DNA of 64,000 bases from positions 11,380 to 75,379 of the forward strand of contig CAJUCZ010000005.1 of the NCBI GenBank assembly GCA_910585375.1, read 5' to 3'. The notes under the pieces are model-generated. The model made no database searches. It had not been told where the DNA came from and worked only from the letters and a program-made list of their open reading frames with translations. The stretch comes from an uncultured Alphaproteobacteria bacterium (GTDB lineage: Bacteria; Pseudomonadota; Alphaproteobacteria; RF32; CAG-239). The translations under genes and the position numbers were made by a program. Positions 8,365 through 18,578 of this stretch are shown here, in pieces (positions within the stretch are counted from its first letter, which is position 1; each line of letters opens with the position of its first letter).

Positions 8365-11300
8365 TTAAAACAACTGCGGAACTCCGGCAGCGGGTTCAGT
8401 ATTGTCGTTCTTTTTAGCGCCGCTGTCCGTTTTTTGCGGCGTGGTTGCCGTTACAACTGCCGGACGGTTGGAAACCTGTGCTTTAGACATACCTGCGCCT
8501 GTTCCCGGCGGGGCAACAACCGGCGCACCACCCGGACGAACCGGAGGCTGATAGTATGCCGGCGGCTGGTAGGCCTCTTTCTTACGGCGGGCGCTTTCGC
8601 CACCGTCATCCATCAAAGGAACTTCTTCAACTTCGGCATTGTTCTGCGTATTTTTATATTGAACATTATTGGCAGACGGATAGTTGGCTTTGAAGCGTTC
8701 TTCGTTCGTGCTGTCTACCTGAAGCGGAATATCATCATCCAAACGGCGGGCGCTTTCGTCTTTAGCGCGTTCCTGTGTTCTCAGCCAGAGGTCAACCTGC
8801 GGATAAACAATGATTCTTGTACCTGCCGGAACATAAGTCATAGGCTGAATACTTGCCTTATCCGTCAGGATTTGGTTGAAAATACTGTCCATTGAGTTCA
8901 GGAAGTTCTGGCGCGCATCGTTAGCGGCTTCCTGTTTGGAGTTTTCTGTTTCTCCGTTATTCTTTTCATTTGTATTAATATAATAAGCCGCTGTTGAACT
9001 TAAGATTGTTGTCATCAAAGGCAAAGAATAGCGTTTGAACAGCTGCTGATCCAAATAGCCCAAAGCACCCCCGCGTCCCTGCGCGTCACCGGTCAGGCCG
9101 TTGAAGACAAAGATTGAGCCGTCGGGACGAATCAGGCGCCCCCAGCTGATTTGAATCTTGGCCGAGGTTGATGTTCTTTCGCCATTGGTACTGGTTACGC
9201 CGTCAATTGTGCCAATCAGCCTTGAACCGGCCGGAATCAGAATATTGCGGCCTTCCTCGGCATAGACGTTGCGCTCAACAATTGCCGTTACCGGCGTCGG
9301 GTTGCTGGAATCTATAGAGCGGGCGATAACGGCCGGAATCGGCTTATCAGCCAAAATCATTTCATCCATTTTAACACGCCAAGAAGAGATAACCTGTTCA
9401 ATGCCCTGTTCCGTCCAGTCTTTTTGCATGCCGTCAAAGTCTTCACGATTAAAACCGCTGGAGATTTTGCCGACTGAAATATTCTTCCGGCGTTCGTTCA
9501 TTGCAACACCCAAAGCATATTGGCGCTGAGGGTCATAACGTTCTCCGGGGCCAAAACCGCCGCCGGGGCCGAGGTTGGTTCCGGGACCGACACCAACGCC
9601 ATAAGCCGCACCGGGACCGAATTCTCCGGCAGGAACAAAGATTTCTCCGCCTTGCGGTTTTTTGATTTCTTCAATGCCGATCATCGTTCCGTTGTCATCA
9701 ATTACAATACCGTCAGGAAGTTTGCGCCCCAGAACATTGCCTTTTTTATCGACAACGCGGCCGTCTTCCAGAATATCTCCCAAATAATCACCGTCAGGCG
9801 TTAATGCAATATTAAAAGACTTGCGATATTCGCCGCCGTCAGCCGAACCGGGTATTTTTTCATCAATTGCACCGATTTTTATATCGCTTTTGCCGCCACT
9901 TTGTTTCGGACGAGTTCTCTCTTCCGGCGTTTTTTCATACCAGTTCACGCCGATACCGCCCAAAATATTACCGCTGGCATCCAATACCGTACCGTCTTTA
10001 TCCAATTTGCCGATGATTTTTCCGTCAATGTCTTCAACCGTACCGTCCGGATTGACATAGCCGACAAAGTTGCCGTTGGCGTCATAGGCTTTTTCTTTCT
10101 CAGGCACTTTGCCGATGACTTCATTGTTCAAGCCGATAATCTCGCCGTTTTTATTGCGGTGGCCGATAACATTGCCGTTCTCATCCACAAGTTCGCCGTT
10201 ATCATTTAAATAACCGATAACACGGCCGTCCTTGTCGACAACAATCTGATGGCTGCCGGGGCTGTAAAATTGCAGCGGATTGGCATAAGCCAAAACTTCT
10301 TTATTTTCGTCTTTCAGCTGTCCGAGCCGGTCTATTTTCCCTAAATCTTTATGATTCAGGTCATAAACCGTACCGTCCATGGCAAGTTCGCCGACAACGA
10401 TACGATCCTGATTGCGCAGCAGATAGCTGCGGTTGCCGCGGGCAATGACCTTATCATCGTTATCGACCAGAAAACCGCGGTTAATCCGTCCCAGCTTGCG
10501 GTTGGAAAAGTTCATAACCTCACCGCTGTTGCTGATATAACCGACAGCCTCAAAATTGGCATCATAAACATAAAAATCGTACAGCGCATAACCGGCTTTT
10601 TGCTCATTATGCCAAACATAGCCGTCGTGCGCGACCTGACCGACAACTTCGTTCCGGCCGTTTAACACTTCGCCTTTGGCATTGACCCGTCCGAGATACT
10701 GGTTGGCATTGTCAAAAGCAACCTGATAACGGAACAATTCGCCAATCGGATTGCCGGTTTTGGAATTTACGTTTTCATTGCCCTGAACATAGCCGATAAA
10801 CTGATTGTCTTCATCTGCCACACGGCCATCCAGAATCGAACGGCCGATGATTTTGTCATTAAAGCTCATTACCGGATAATACGGAATCAGGCGGCCGGCA
10901 ATTTCTCCGCCTTTTTTGACCAGACGCCCCTGCGCATTAACACAGCCGATGTTTTCATTATTATAATTTACCGCCGCACCGTTGACAGAGGTTACGCCGA
11001 TGACATTGCCGGTATTATCAACAATACCGTTCAGTTCGACCATATGACCGTTGATTTTGCCGTTTGAACCGACAATTTGTCCGTTGGCCAGAACACGGCC
11101 GATTTGAACGCCGCGGAAATTGCGAATTTCGGCAGCCGGCGTCAAAACGCCGAGGCTTGCGCATTTATCCGTAACGGCGCCGCCATAATTTATAATCCGG
11201 CCGGACAAAATATTCACGTTATCAATAACGCCGCCGTTCTCAACGACCCGGCCGACCGAAGAGCCGTCTTTATCCCTGACAACGCCGTCCAGACCGGCAT

Positions 11301-12993
11301 AGCCCATCAGCTCGCCGTCTACGGAAACAGCCGGAAGAAACGGATAGGCCGATCCCGTCTGCGGCATGAGTTCCGGAGAGTTGTCAGAATTTGTTTTGAC
11401 GGCAGACGTATCCGGCAGCAGCTTTGCAATAATATTGGCATTTTTATCCAATACAAAATTATCGGCGGTTAACAGGCCCAGACTTTCACCGTTTCCGTCC
11501 ACGGCAAAAGAAGCCGCAATATTTTTTCCGAGAATGCGGTTACGTTCATCCAAAACGATACCGGACTGGGTCATGCTGCCGAGGCGGGTGCCGCCGGCAT
11601 TGGTTACGTTACCGTTCAGACCCAGACGGGCGACAACGGCACCGTTAAAACTATATAAATTTTCCAGCGGGCAAGTCTGTCCGACGGCTGTTTCGGAATT
11701 ATCAAAAACATATCCGTAAGGAGAAACCACAATATCCCGTTCGCCGTTTTTTACGGACGACGCAATTGAAACCATGCCAAGGCTTTTGTTATCCGAACCG
11801 ATTATCAAAGCAGGTGACAACACGCCGCCGACAATTTTGCCGTCCGCATCGTATCCCTGCGTGCCTTTAACATAGCCGATACGGCTGCCGCTCAAATCTA
11901 TCAGCGAAGCATTGCTCAGTGCGATGCCCCGCAGGCTGCCGCGATAGTCAAACAGCGCACCCGGCGTCAGGATATTGCCGACAACACGCCCTTCGTTGTC
12001 CTGCACAATGCCGCGCGGACCGACACGACCGATAATTTCTTTGCCCGAAGCGATCAAACCCTCGGGCAGCAGGCGGCCGAGATATTGTCCTTTCAAATCA
12101 GACGCGGTGGCAGCAAAGTCAAGCATATAGCCGATAACAACATTTTTTTCATCGGCGATTGCGCCGTCGGCGCGCAGGCGGCCGACAACTTTTTCGCCAT
12201 TCACGACTTCTCCGTTATAAGACACAAAGCCCAGATATTTGCCGCGATTGTCAAAAGCATAACCGGTACGGACGATCCGGCCGATAATCTCGTTTTTATC
12301 ATTATACACAAAACCGCCGGCACGAATGCTGCCAATGATTTTGCCGTCAAAATCCGAAACTTCGCCGCCGGGAGCTACACTGCCGATAAAGGTCCCGTTC
12401 GGAGAAACAACCATTTTTGAAGAAATCAGGCGGCCGGCCAGAATATAATCACTGACCGCCTTACGGTAAGCATCGCCGGAAGGTGAAACAAAACCGACCT
12501 GCTGTCCGTCCAGCGTGGTAAAGCTGCCGTCCCCGGTAAAGCGTCCGATTGTCTTGCCGGTATCAGAATAAATCAGCCCCGGAAAAAGCACGGCGCCGAT
12601 AATGTTATAAGTATCGTCAATAACCAGACCGTTTGGCAGGGTTTTGCCGATAATTTTGCCGGAAGCAAGGCGGACAGAACCGTCATTACTGACTTTTCCG
12701 AGAAGTTTGGTATCATTTCCGACTGCAACGCCTTGCGGAACAACGCCGCCAATCAACTTGCCGTCAAAATTTACAATAAGGCTGTCGGCCGTCACGTTAC
12801 CAATCAGCTGATTATCCAAGCCGACTACACTGCCGTTCGGAATAACCTTACCTATAAGATCGCCGTTGAAATCTATTGCGCTGATTTCTTCCGCCGAGGC
12901 AGGCTGCAGCATGCAAAAAAACAGACCGGCGGCGAGAACCGCTTTCCGAATCTGACGGAAGAACCGCAAAATTATGTTTTCAAACGTCGTCAC
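8365..12993 (-). CDS. virB10: Giant VirB10/TrbI homolog (1542 aa)
   Basis: C-terminal 250 aa match the VirB10 core (VERNVYAEEGRNILIPAGSRLIGTI; IQISWGRLIRPDGSIFVFNGLTGD.QGRGGALGYLD; YVPAGTRIIVYPQVDLW). The N-terminal ~1100 aa are dozens of ~10/20-aa DG.V.D..G..IG repeats. GTG start at 12993 with a GGAGG site 8 nt upstream. Confidence 0.85.
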   Translation of the reverse strand: MTTFENIILRFFRQIRKAVLAAGLFFCMLQPASAEEISAIDFNGDLIGKVIPNGSVVGLDNQLIGNVTADSLIVNFDGKLIGGVVPQGVAVGNDTKLLGKVSNDGSVRLASGKIIGKTLPNGLVIDDTYNIIGAVLFPGLIYSDTGKTIGRFTGDGSFTTLDGQQVGFVSPSGDAYRKAVSDYILAGRLISSKMVVSPNGTFIGSVAPGGEVSDFDGKIIGSIRAGGFVYNDKNEIIGRIVRTGYAFDNRGKYLGFVSYNGEVVNGEKVVGRLRADGAIADEKNVVIGYMLDFAATASDLKGQYLGRLLPEGLIASGKEIIGRVGPRGIVQDNEGRVVGNILTPGALFDYRGSLRGIALSNASLIDLSGSRIGYVKGTQGYDADGKIVGGVLSPALIIGSDNKSLGMVSIASSVKNGERDIVVSPYGYVFDNSETAVGQTCPLENLYSFNGAVVARLGLNGNVTNAGGTRLGSMTQSGIVLDERNRILGKNIAASFAVDGNGESLGLLTADNFVLDKNANIIAKLLPDTSAVKTNSDNSPELMPQTGSAYPFLPAVSVDGELMGYAGLDGVVRDKDGSSVGRVVENGGVIDNVNILSGRIINYGGAVTDKCASLGVLTPAAEIRNFRGVQIGRVLANGQIVGSNGKINGHMVELNGIVDNTGNVIGVTSVNGAAVNYNNENIGCVNAQGRLVKKGGEIAGRLIPYYPVMSFNDKIIGRSILDGRVADEDNQFIGYVQGNENVNSKTGNPIGELFRYQVAFDNANQYLGRVNAKGEVLNGRNEVVGQVAHDGYVWHNEQKAGYALYDFYVYDANFEAVGYISNSGEVMNFSNRKLGRINRGFLVDNDDKVIARGNRSYLLRNQDRIVVGELAMDGTVYDLNHKDLGKIDRLGQLKDENKEVLAYANPLQFYSPGSHQIVVDKDGRVIGYLNDNGELVDENGNVIGHRNKNGEIIGLNNEVIGKVPEKEKAYDANGNFVGYVNPDGTVEDIDGKIIGKLDKDGTVLDASGNILGGIGVNWYEKTPEERTRPKQSGGKSDIKIGAIDEKIPGSADGGEYRKSFNIALTPDGDYLGDILEDGRVVDKKGNVLGRKLPDGIVIDDNGTMIGIEEIKKPQGGEIFVPAGEFGPGAAYGVGVGPGTNLGPGGGFGPGERYDPQRQYALGVAMNERRKNISVGKISSGFNREDFDGMQKDWTEQGIEQVISSWRVKMDEMILADKPIPAVIARSIDSSNPTPVTAIVERNVYAEEGRNILIPAGSRLIGTIDGVTSTNGERTSTSAKIQISWGRLIRPDGSIFVFNGLTGDAQGRGGALGYLDQQLFKRYSLPLMTTILSSTAAYYINTNEKNNGETENSKQEAANDARQNFLNSMDSIFNQILTDKASIQPMTYVPAGTRIIVYPQVDLWLRTQERAKDESARRLDDDIPLQVDSTNEERFKANYPSANNVQYKNTQNNAEVEEVPLMDDGGESARRKKEAYQPPAYYQPPVRPGGAPVVAPPGTGAGMSKAQVSNRPAVVTATTPQKTDSGAKKNDNTEPAAGVPQLF

Positions 12994-12995
12994 CT

Positions 12996-15900
12996 TTAAT
13001 TCCTCCGGTTTTTAGCGACTTCCGGCAAAGCATAGCCGGCAACCTTTTTATCCAAATCTATAAAGGAGCCGTTATTCTTCAAATAACCGATAACCTCCCC
13101 CTTGGCATCAACAACTTTGCCCTCGGGGTTCAATCTGCCTTTATATTTACCATCATTTCCTAATATTGTCGCCCCTATTTTGTAAATTTTACCAAGAATA
13201 TTATCTGCAGAATCGACTGCAAGACCGCCGGAAAGGCTTCGACCGGAAATCCGTCCGTCTTTGCCGCGGATGCGCCCGTCAAACTCTACAAAGCCGATAA
13301 CGTTATCGGTATTCCCGATGACAATATCGCCCTCAACGACTTCGCCAATCAGTTTTCCGGCCTGCGAGATGACATTGCCGTCAGAAAGCACACGTCCGAT
13401 AACAACATTATTGTTATCAATCACATTGCCGTTCGGCATGACCGCTCCCAAAAGCGCGCCGGAAAAATCAATAACCGCTCCGCGTTTAAGCAGGCTCAGG
13501 TTTTTATCCGTTGCTCCGCCGGGCAAAATGGCGGTCAAGGTATTGCTTTTAAGATCCAGCACATCGCCGACCGAAGTCATGCGGCCGCGATATCCGCCCC
13601 AGATATCAATCAAAATATTTTCAGGGACGACTTCGCCGATAACGGCGTTGCTTTTGTTCAGCACTTTGCCGTCGGAGCTGACACGACCGGTTTCTTTACC
13701 CTCCAAGCTGACAACCCGCCCGTCCGGCAGGACATACCCCAGATAGGCGCCGTCATAACCGATAGCCGCACCGCTGCGAATCACCGCTCCGAGATACTCG
13801 CCTTTGCTGCCGATAAAATTGCCTTTGGCATCAATATTGCCCAAAACATCGCCAAAGCGGTTCTGAACTCTGCCGTCATAATTGCTGCGGCCGATGACTT
13901 TGCCGTCAAACCCGACAATTTGTCCGATACGGACCGGCGTTCCCAAAATCTGATTATAAAAACTCAGTCCGTCGCCGTTAATTTTACCCAGAGATACGCC
14001 TTCGGTATTATAGACTTTTCCATCGGCAAAAATTGATCCCAGATAATCTCCCGATTTGTCGGAAAAAGAAGTCCTGACATCGGCGGCAATGCCGACAATT
14101 TCATTTTTATCATTCAGTACGAGGTTGTTGGCAGACAATTTCAACGGCTGCTGACCGCGCATGTTTACCTCAGCCTTTTGGTCAACAACGTTCATAAAAT
14201 TGCCGTTCAGGTCAAAGGCATACCGGCGGCCGAGAATCCGTCCGACATAACCACCGTCTTTATTAAAGATATCTCCATACATGCCGACACAACCGACCGG
14301 CAGGCCGGCATCATTTACAACCAGACCGTCAGCGCCGACACGCCCCAGATATTTGCCGTCATAATCGACAGCCGTACCTTGTTTCAGGACACCTCCGACA
14401 AGATTGCCTTTTTCATCAAGAACCGTGCCGTCCGGATTGACGCAGCCGACATACTGATTGTTAGAATCTTTAACAATACCGTCATTGCCGGCCTCGCCGA
14501 CCAGCATACAGGCGTTATCAAAAACCTTACCGGTCTTGGTTACTTCGCCGGCATAAGTTCCGTCTTTATTCAACACAATTCCGCTGGGCAGAACTTTTAA
14601 ATCCTGCTCCTCATTATTTTTTATGACTTTGCCGTCTTTATCCAAAAAGCCGAGCTGTTTGCAGCCAAATCCGATGACCAGTCCGCCACGCACCATTTCG
14701 GCTACGACTTCCGCTCCGGACATATCCCGAACCAGCAAATTGGCACCCACACGCCCGACCGGCTGGCGCGACTGGTTTTCAATCACGCCGGAATTTGTCA
14801 GGTTTCCGAGAATCCGCCCCTGCGGCGTTATCGGAATATAACCTTCAACCAGCAGGCGGCCGATAACTTTCCCGTCTTTAGTCATTATCACGCCGTTATT
14901 ATCCGTGCGGCCGATAACATTGCCGTCTTTATCAACAACCGTACCGTCCGGCATGACGACACCGATGGCATTGCCTTCATCATCCAGAGCAACCCGTCCC
15001 GGCCGTGTGATATAACCGATAATGCGGCCATTGCTGTCAACAACATCGCCGTAGCTGTTCAGGCGGCCGATAATCCGGCCTTCCATATCCTCAACCGTAC
15101 CGTCAGCCGTAACGCGCCCTATAACTTTACCGTCTTTATCATAAACAAAACCGTATTCGGCTTCCCGCCCGATAATGTTACCGCTTTCATCCAACACCGT
15201 GCCATCCGGCATGACTTTGCCAAGTACCTTGCCTTCCTTATCCACGACAGAGCCGTCATTATTGGCAAAACCTATGACATTGCCGTTTTCATCGACCACC
15301 AGCTTGCGGTTTTCAGCCACACCGATAATATTGCCGTTATTATCTACGACCATCCCCTGCGCATTGACGCGGCCGATAACATTACCATCCTTATCCCGCA
15401 CATAACCGTCTTCATCAATTGTTCCTATGACGTCGCCGTTCGGACCGATGGCATAACGGGTTACGACATCCGTTTTATTGATAACGGAATCCCTTCCGCC
15501 GGTACCGGAATCGCAAAAATTGCAGTCTTCCTTGCGGATAGCACTGCCGGTCACAGGAACTTTTGCGGCTTTAGCGTTTTCATCACCCAATCCGACTTCA
15601 ACCCAGGTAATGATAAAATTGTTTTGGACATTTCCGGTAACAACCGGAACCCAACTGATTTGGATATGGCAGGTTTCATCACCTTTAAGAATTGTTCCGC
15701 CGCAGCCGTTGGCGAAAGAAAAGCCATCGGCCGGCGGATCGGCCAAGTTAACAGATATAATCTTGACGGACGCATGGCCATTTGTACCCAAGGTCAAAAC
15801 ATTTCGGGCATTGCTGCCAATAATTACCTGACCAAGCGGTACAGGATCCGGCGTCATGGTCAGAGGCACTTCGCCTTCAATAATCCCTCCGATTTCTATA

Positions 15901-16109
15901 TTTGTAGACAGGCCGTTTTTACGGTCAATATTAATCCCGTCATCCGTGTTTTCAAAGTTCATTGAGGTTTCTTCAACCTCTCCGCCGCTCAGCAGCAGGA
16001 GTGAAATTCCGAACAAAAAGATTAAAAGGGAAGTAACACCGACAATCAAAATGATGCGGTTGGTCTTTTTGACATATACTTCCGAATTTGTTAACTGTTC
16101 GTCGCTCAT
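12996..16109 (-). CDS. Membrane-anchored repeat protein paralogous to the VirB10 N-terminal extension (about 1037 aa from Met 16109; the ORF extends to 16160)
   Basis: N-terminal TM helix (IILIVGVTSLLIFLFGISLLLLS) followed by the same DG.V.D..G..IG repeat array as VirB10, with no VirB10 core. TAA stop at 12996-12998 lies 2 nt before the VirB10 GTG. Confidence 0.7.
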   Translation of the reverse strand: MSDEQLTNSEVYVKKTNRIILIVGVTSLLIFLFGISLLLLSGGEVEETSMNFENTDDGINIDRKNGLSTNIEIGGIIEGEVPLTMTPDPVPLGQVIIGSNARNVLTLGTNGHASVKIISVNLADPPADGFSFANGCGGTILKGDETCHIQISWVPVVTGNVQNNFIITWVEVGLGDENAKAAKVPVTGSAIRKEDCNFCDSGTGGRDSVINKTDVVTRYAIGPNGDVIGTIDEDGYVRDKDGNVIGRVNAQGMVVDNNGNIIGVAENRKLVVDENGNVIGFANNDGSVVDKEGKVLGKVMPDGTVLDESGNIIGREAEYGFVYDKDGKVIGRVTADGTVEDMEGRIIGRLNSYGDVVDSNGRIIGYITRPGRVALDDEGNAIGVVMPDGTVVDKDGNVIGRTDNNGVIMTKDGKVIGRLLVEGYIPITPQGRILGNLTNSGVIENQSRQPVGRVGANLLVRDMSGAEVVAEMVRGGLVIGFGCKQLGFLDKDGKVIKNNEEQDLKVLPSGIVLNKDGTYAGEVTKTGKVFDNACMLVGEAGNDGIVKDSNNQYVGCVNPDGTVLDEKGNLVGGVLKQGTAVDYDGKYLGRVGADGLVVNDAGLPVGCVGMYGDIFNKDGGYVGRILGRRYAFDLNGNFMNVVDQKAEVNMRGQQPLKLSANNLVLNDKNEIVGIAADVRTSFSDKSGDYLGSIFADGKVYNTEGVSLGKINGDGLSFYNQILGTPVRIGQIVGFDGKVIGRSNYDGRVQNRFGDVLGNIDAKGNFIGSKGEYLGAVIRSGAAIGYDGAYLGYVLPDGRVVSLEGKETGRVSSDGKVLNKSNAVIGEVVPENILIDIWGGYRGRMTSVGDVLDLKSNTLTAILPGGATDKNLSLLKRGAVIDFSGALLGAVMPNGNVIDNNNVVIGRVLSDGNVISQAGKLIGEVVEGDIVIGNTDNVIGFVEFDGRIRGKDGRISGRSLSGGLAVDSADNILGKIYKIGATILGNDGKYKGRLNPEGKVVDAKGEVIGYLKNNGSFIDLDKKVAGYALPEVAKNRRN

Positions 16110-17806
16110 TGGGTCCTGACTACACTGCAAAATACACCGCTGCGTCCGAGTTTTCCGCAAACAGCATCACCCTCTTCCAGCGAATTAACCGGCCCGACAC
16201 GCAGGTGGAAAAGCTCTTTGCCTTGTCCGTCCGCCGGTGCGTCAACAGAGAAGAACGGATCATAAATGCTCAGGCTGTCTGCGTATTTTTTGGAAAGATT
16301 GTTCCATAAAACCTCCAATTTTGAAACATCGGAATCTGTACCGAGTTCAATGGAAATGTTGTTGGAGCCATCGGCCAAGGTATCTCCGTAGGCAAATTTA
16401 TCAAGATACTTATATCCTTTGCCGTAACGGTTATTATTTGTAATCCGCTGCATTTTGGAATAATCAACGTTTTCCATGCCTTTGGGCATTTTGCCTGCGG
16501 TTTCATAGCCAATTCCGATGTTGCCGCCTGCATTGTTTTTATATTGAGGTTCAATAATCTCGCTGTTGCCGACCTGAATGTCATATTGTGCCGGAGTACC
16601 ATTTTTTGCATCTTCCAGACTTATGCCGCCGGAAGAATCGGATGCTCCGCTTCCGCCAACCCGAACAGAAGCGTTCGGTATGGCGTAAGGGTTGTTAGTT
16701 CCCGGAGCCTGACTCTGCGGCATTCCGGAACCTGGAAGCGGCGCGGGTACATCCCATTGCGGCGGCAAACCTTCTCCGCCCGGCGCATTTTCCAATCCGA
16801 CATCATCGCCGCGACGCAGCTTCAGGCAGATAATCCTTTTACCGTTACGCAACACAATATCACCAATACCTTCAACTATAATCAACCGGTTATCCGGTCC
16901 GGCCGCCCTAAAACCGACGGGAACTTCCATGCGTTCGACAATCAGGGTGGCAATCGGCCGCTGGTTCATATTCAGCGCCCGTTTGCCAAAGTCTATATAA
17001 GTAAAGATATCGTCACGCCAAACGCGTTCCGGCGCAATCACGACGTCATCAGGATTAGGAACATAAACTTCAACGTCAAACTTGAATTTGGACGGATCTA
17101 CCGGAATTTCCCGCAGCCAGTTATCATCCTGGAAGCGGCGGAGCTGCGTTGCATCTGCTGATTTTGCTCCGGATGACAAACCGGCGCTTCCTCCGTTAAA
17201 ATTTCGGCCGTATCCTCCAGACATACCGCCCAGCCCTGTTTTTTTGCCATTTGCCCCGCGGCCGGCAATAACCTCAATATCAATAATGGAATTAGTCAAC
17301 CGTTCAGTATTAACCGCTTCGCTTTTAACATAAAAGACATAACGGTTTCCGGACCGCCCAAAGATAATCACGTTGGTATCAACACCGACATTTGCGCCCT
17401 GCCGGGGATATAAAAGGACGGTATTGGGACCGGAGATTTGTCCGTCAAATGTGGCATTATCCCCGATAAAGACATCTTCAACCATTTCCCACTCAGGAAA
17501 ATTGAGCAAAGTCATCATGCCTTCGCGCAAGCGGACCGGCAAAACCAAATCCGGCGTCCAATAGTATTTGGAATAAGCGGGACGCGACTGCCCCTCACCA
17601 AGGTTTTGCATCGGATCCAGCCAGGCACTTTGTGTCATACCCAAAGAATTGAAGCCGGCATAGCCGAGGTTCATGGGCTGATAGTTGCCGTTGACTTCAT
17701 CTGCACTGTTATTAACCTGATCTACAGTCTGAGCCATAAGGAACGGAGCCCCGGCAACAAAAACCAGCAGGGCCGTGAGGCTGAATTTTACGACTTTGCG
17801 AAACAT
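16106..17806 (-). CDS. virB9: VirB9/TrbG-like protein with a ~230-aa C-terminal extension (566 aa)
   Basis: Signal peptide. VirB9-like N-domain (LVLPVRLREGMMTLLNFPEWEMVEDVFIGD..., TNVIIFGRSGNRYVFYVKS) and C-domain (RPIATLIVERMEVPVGF...IIVEGIGDIVLRNGKRIICLKLRRG), then a G/S/N-rich extension. Confidence 0.65.
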   Translation of the reverse strand: MFRKVVKFSLTALLVFVAGAPFLMAQTVDQVNNSADEVNGNYQPMNLGYAGFNSLGMTQSAWLDPMQNLGEGQSRPAYSKYYWTPDLVLPVRLREGMMTLLNFPEWEMVEDVFIGDNATFDGQISGPNTVLLYPRQGANVGVDTNVIIFGRSGNRYVFYVKSEAVNTERLTNSIIDIEVIAGRGANGKKTGLGGMSGGYGRNFNGGSAGLSSGAKSADATQLRRFQDDNWLREIPVDPSKFKFDVEVYVPNPDDVVIAPERVWRDDIFTYIDFGKRALNMNQRPIATLIVERMEVPVGFRAAGPDNRLIIVEGIGDIVLRNGKRIICLKLRRGDDVGLENAPGGEGLPPQWDVPAPLPGSGMPQSQAPGTNNPYAIPNASVRVGGSGASDSSGGISLEDAKNGTPAQYDIQVGNSEIIEPQYKNNAGGNIGIGYETAGKMPKGMENVDYSKMQRITNNNRYGKGYKYLDKFAYGDTLADGSNNISIELGTDSDVSKLEVLWNNLSKKYADSLSIYDPFFSVDAPADGQGKELFHLRVGPVNSLEEGDAVCGKLGRSGVFCSVVRTQ

Positions 17807-17820
17807 TATAGACTGAACTC

Positions 17821-18564
17821 CTAATCCTTATTTACTTTATTATGGGTCAAAGCATAGCGGTCAACCGTAAAGCCGACCGGATTGTTTAATCTTTCTGAAT
17901 ATTTTACCGTTTTCTGGCGATAAAGCACGCGAAGCGTGGCTGTCCAGTAATTGACGGTCGGGCTTTTTGAATCCGGAAACATATCGCGGGTTTCATACTC
18001 GACCTGCCACAAACCTCGGCCGATTTCATTGACAGACAAGATACGGACTTCCCGCGCAAGGGCTTTGGTTCTGATGATTTCAAGCGCCCGTTTGGCCGTC
18101 CGCTGAATAAACTCTTCATAAACCGGAACGGAAGACATTTCCTGAATTGGCCCGTTCGGCATCCAGCGCGCTTCCATCTCCTGAATATCACGGGTAAAGG
18201 AACTGCGCATCAGAATATACTGGCGGACAAAGACCTCCGTTACCGTTTTATGGTCTTCCATATTGCCGCGAATGCGCTTGATATTATAAACCTGTTCCTG
18301 TTTGTTTTGAAAAGTCAGCAAAAACGGCTCAACGCGGAACAACGGGATAACCTGCATAATGGCAATAATCAGCACAATATTGCAACAAATGCTGACGGCT
18401 GTGATAATGGCAAAAGCACGCGCAGTCCACAGGTATTTTTTTTCGTTACTGTTGCCGATGAACAATTCGGAATCGGCTGATGAGGAATAGTAATCATTGC
18501 GACGAGCGCCCTGATTCCCAATCAGCTTGGTTTCAGAATTGCCAGACCCCAGAATACGCGCCAT
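17821..18564 (-). CDS. virB8: VirB8 paralog 2 (247 aa)
   Basis: Bitopic topology (cytoplasmic N-terminus, one TM helix, periplasmic domain) and C-terminal NPVGFTVDRY (the VirB8 NPxG motif); paralogous to 18958-19719. Confidence 0.7.
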   Translation of the reverse strand: MARILGSGNSETKLIGNQGARRNDYYSSSADSELFIGNSNEKKYLWTARAFAIITAVSICCNIVLIIAIMQVIPLFRVEPFLLTFQNKQEQVYNIKRIRGNMEDHKTVTEVFVRQYILMRSSFTRDIQEMEARWMPNGPIQEMSSVPVYEEFIQRTAKRALEIIRTKALAREVRILSVNEIGRGLWQVEYETRDMFPDSKSPTVNYWTATLRVLYRQKTVKYSERLNNPVGFTVDRYALTHNKVNKD

Positions 18565-18578
18565 TTACATAACTCCGC

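Noticed and set aside
12990-13000. Possibility that the 1054-aa and 1542-aa ORFs are one frameshifted gene
   Set aside because: The upstream ORF ends in TAA and the downstream one starts GTG with a GGAGG site at ideal spacing. A different frame plus a real stop therefore makes two genes more likely than a fused one, but a fused ancestor is plausible and this is noted in the findings.
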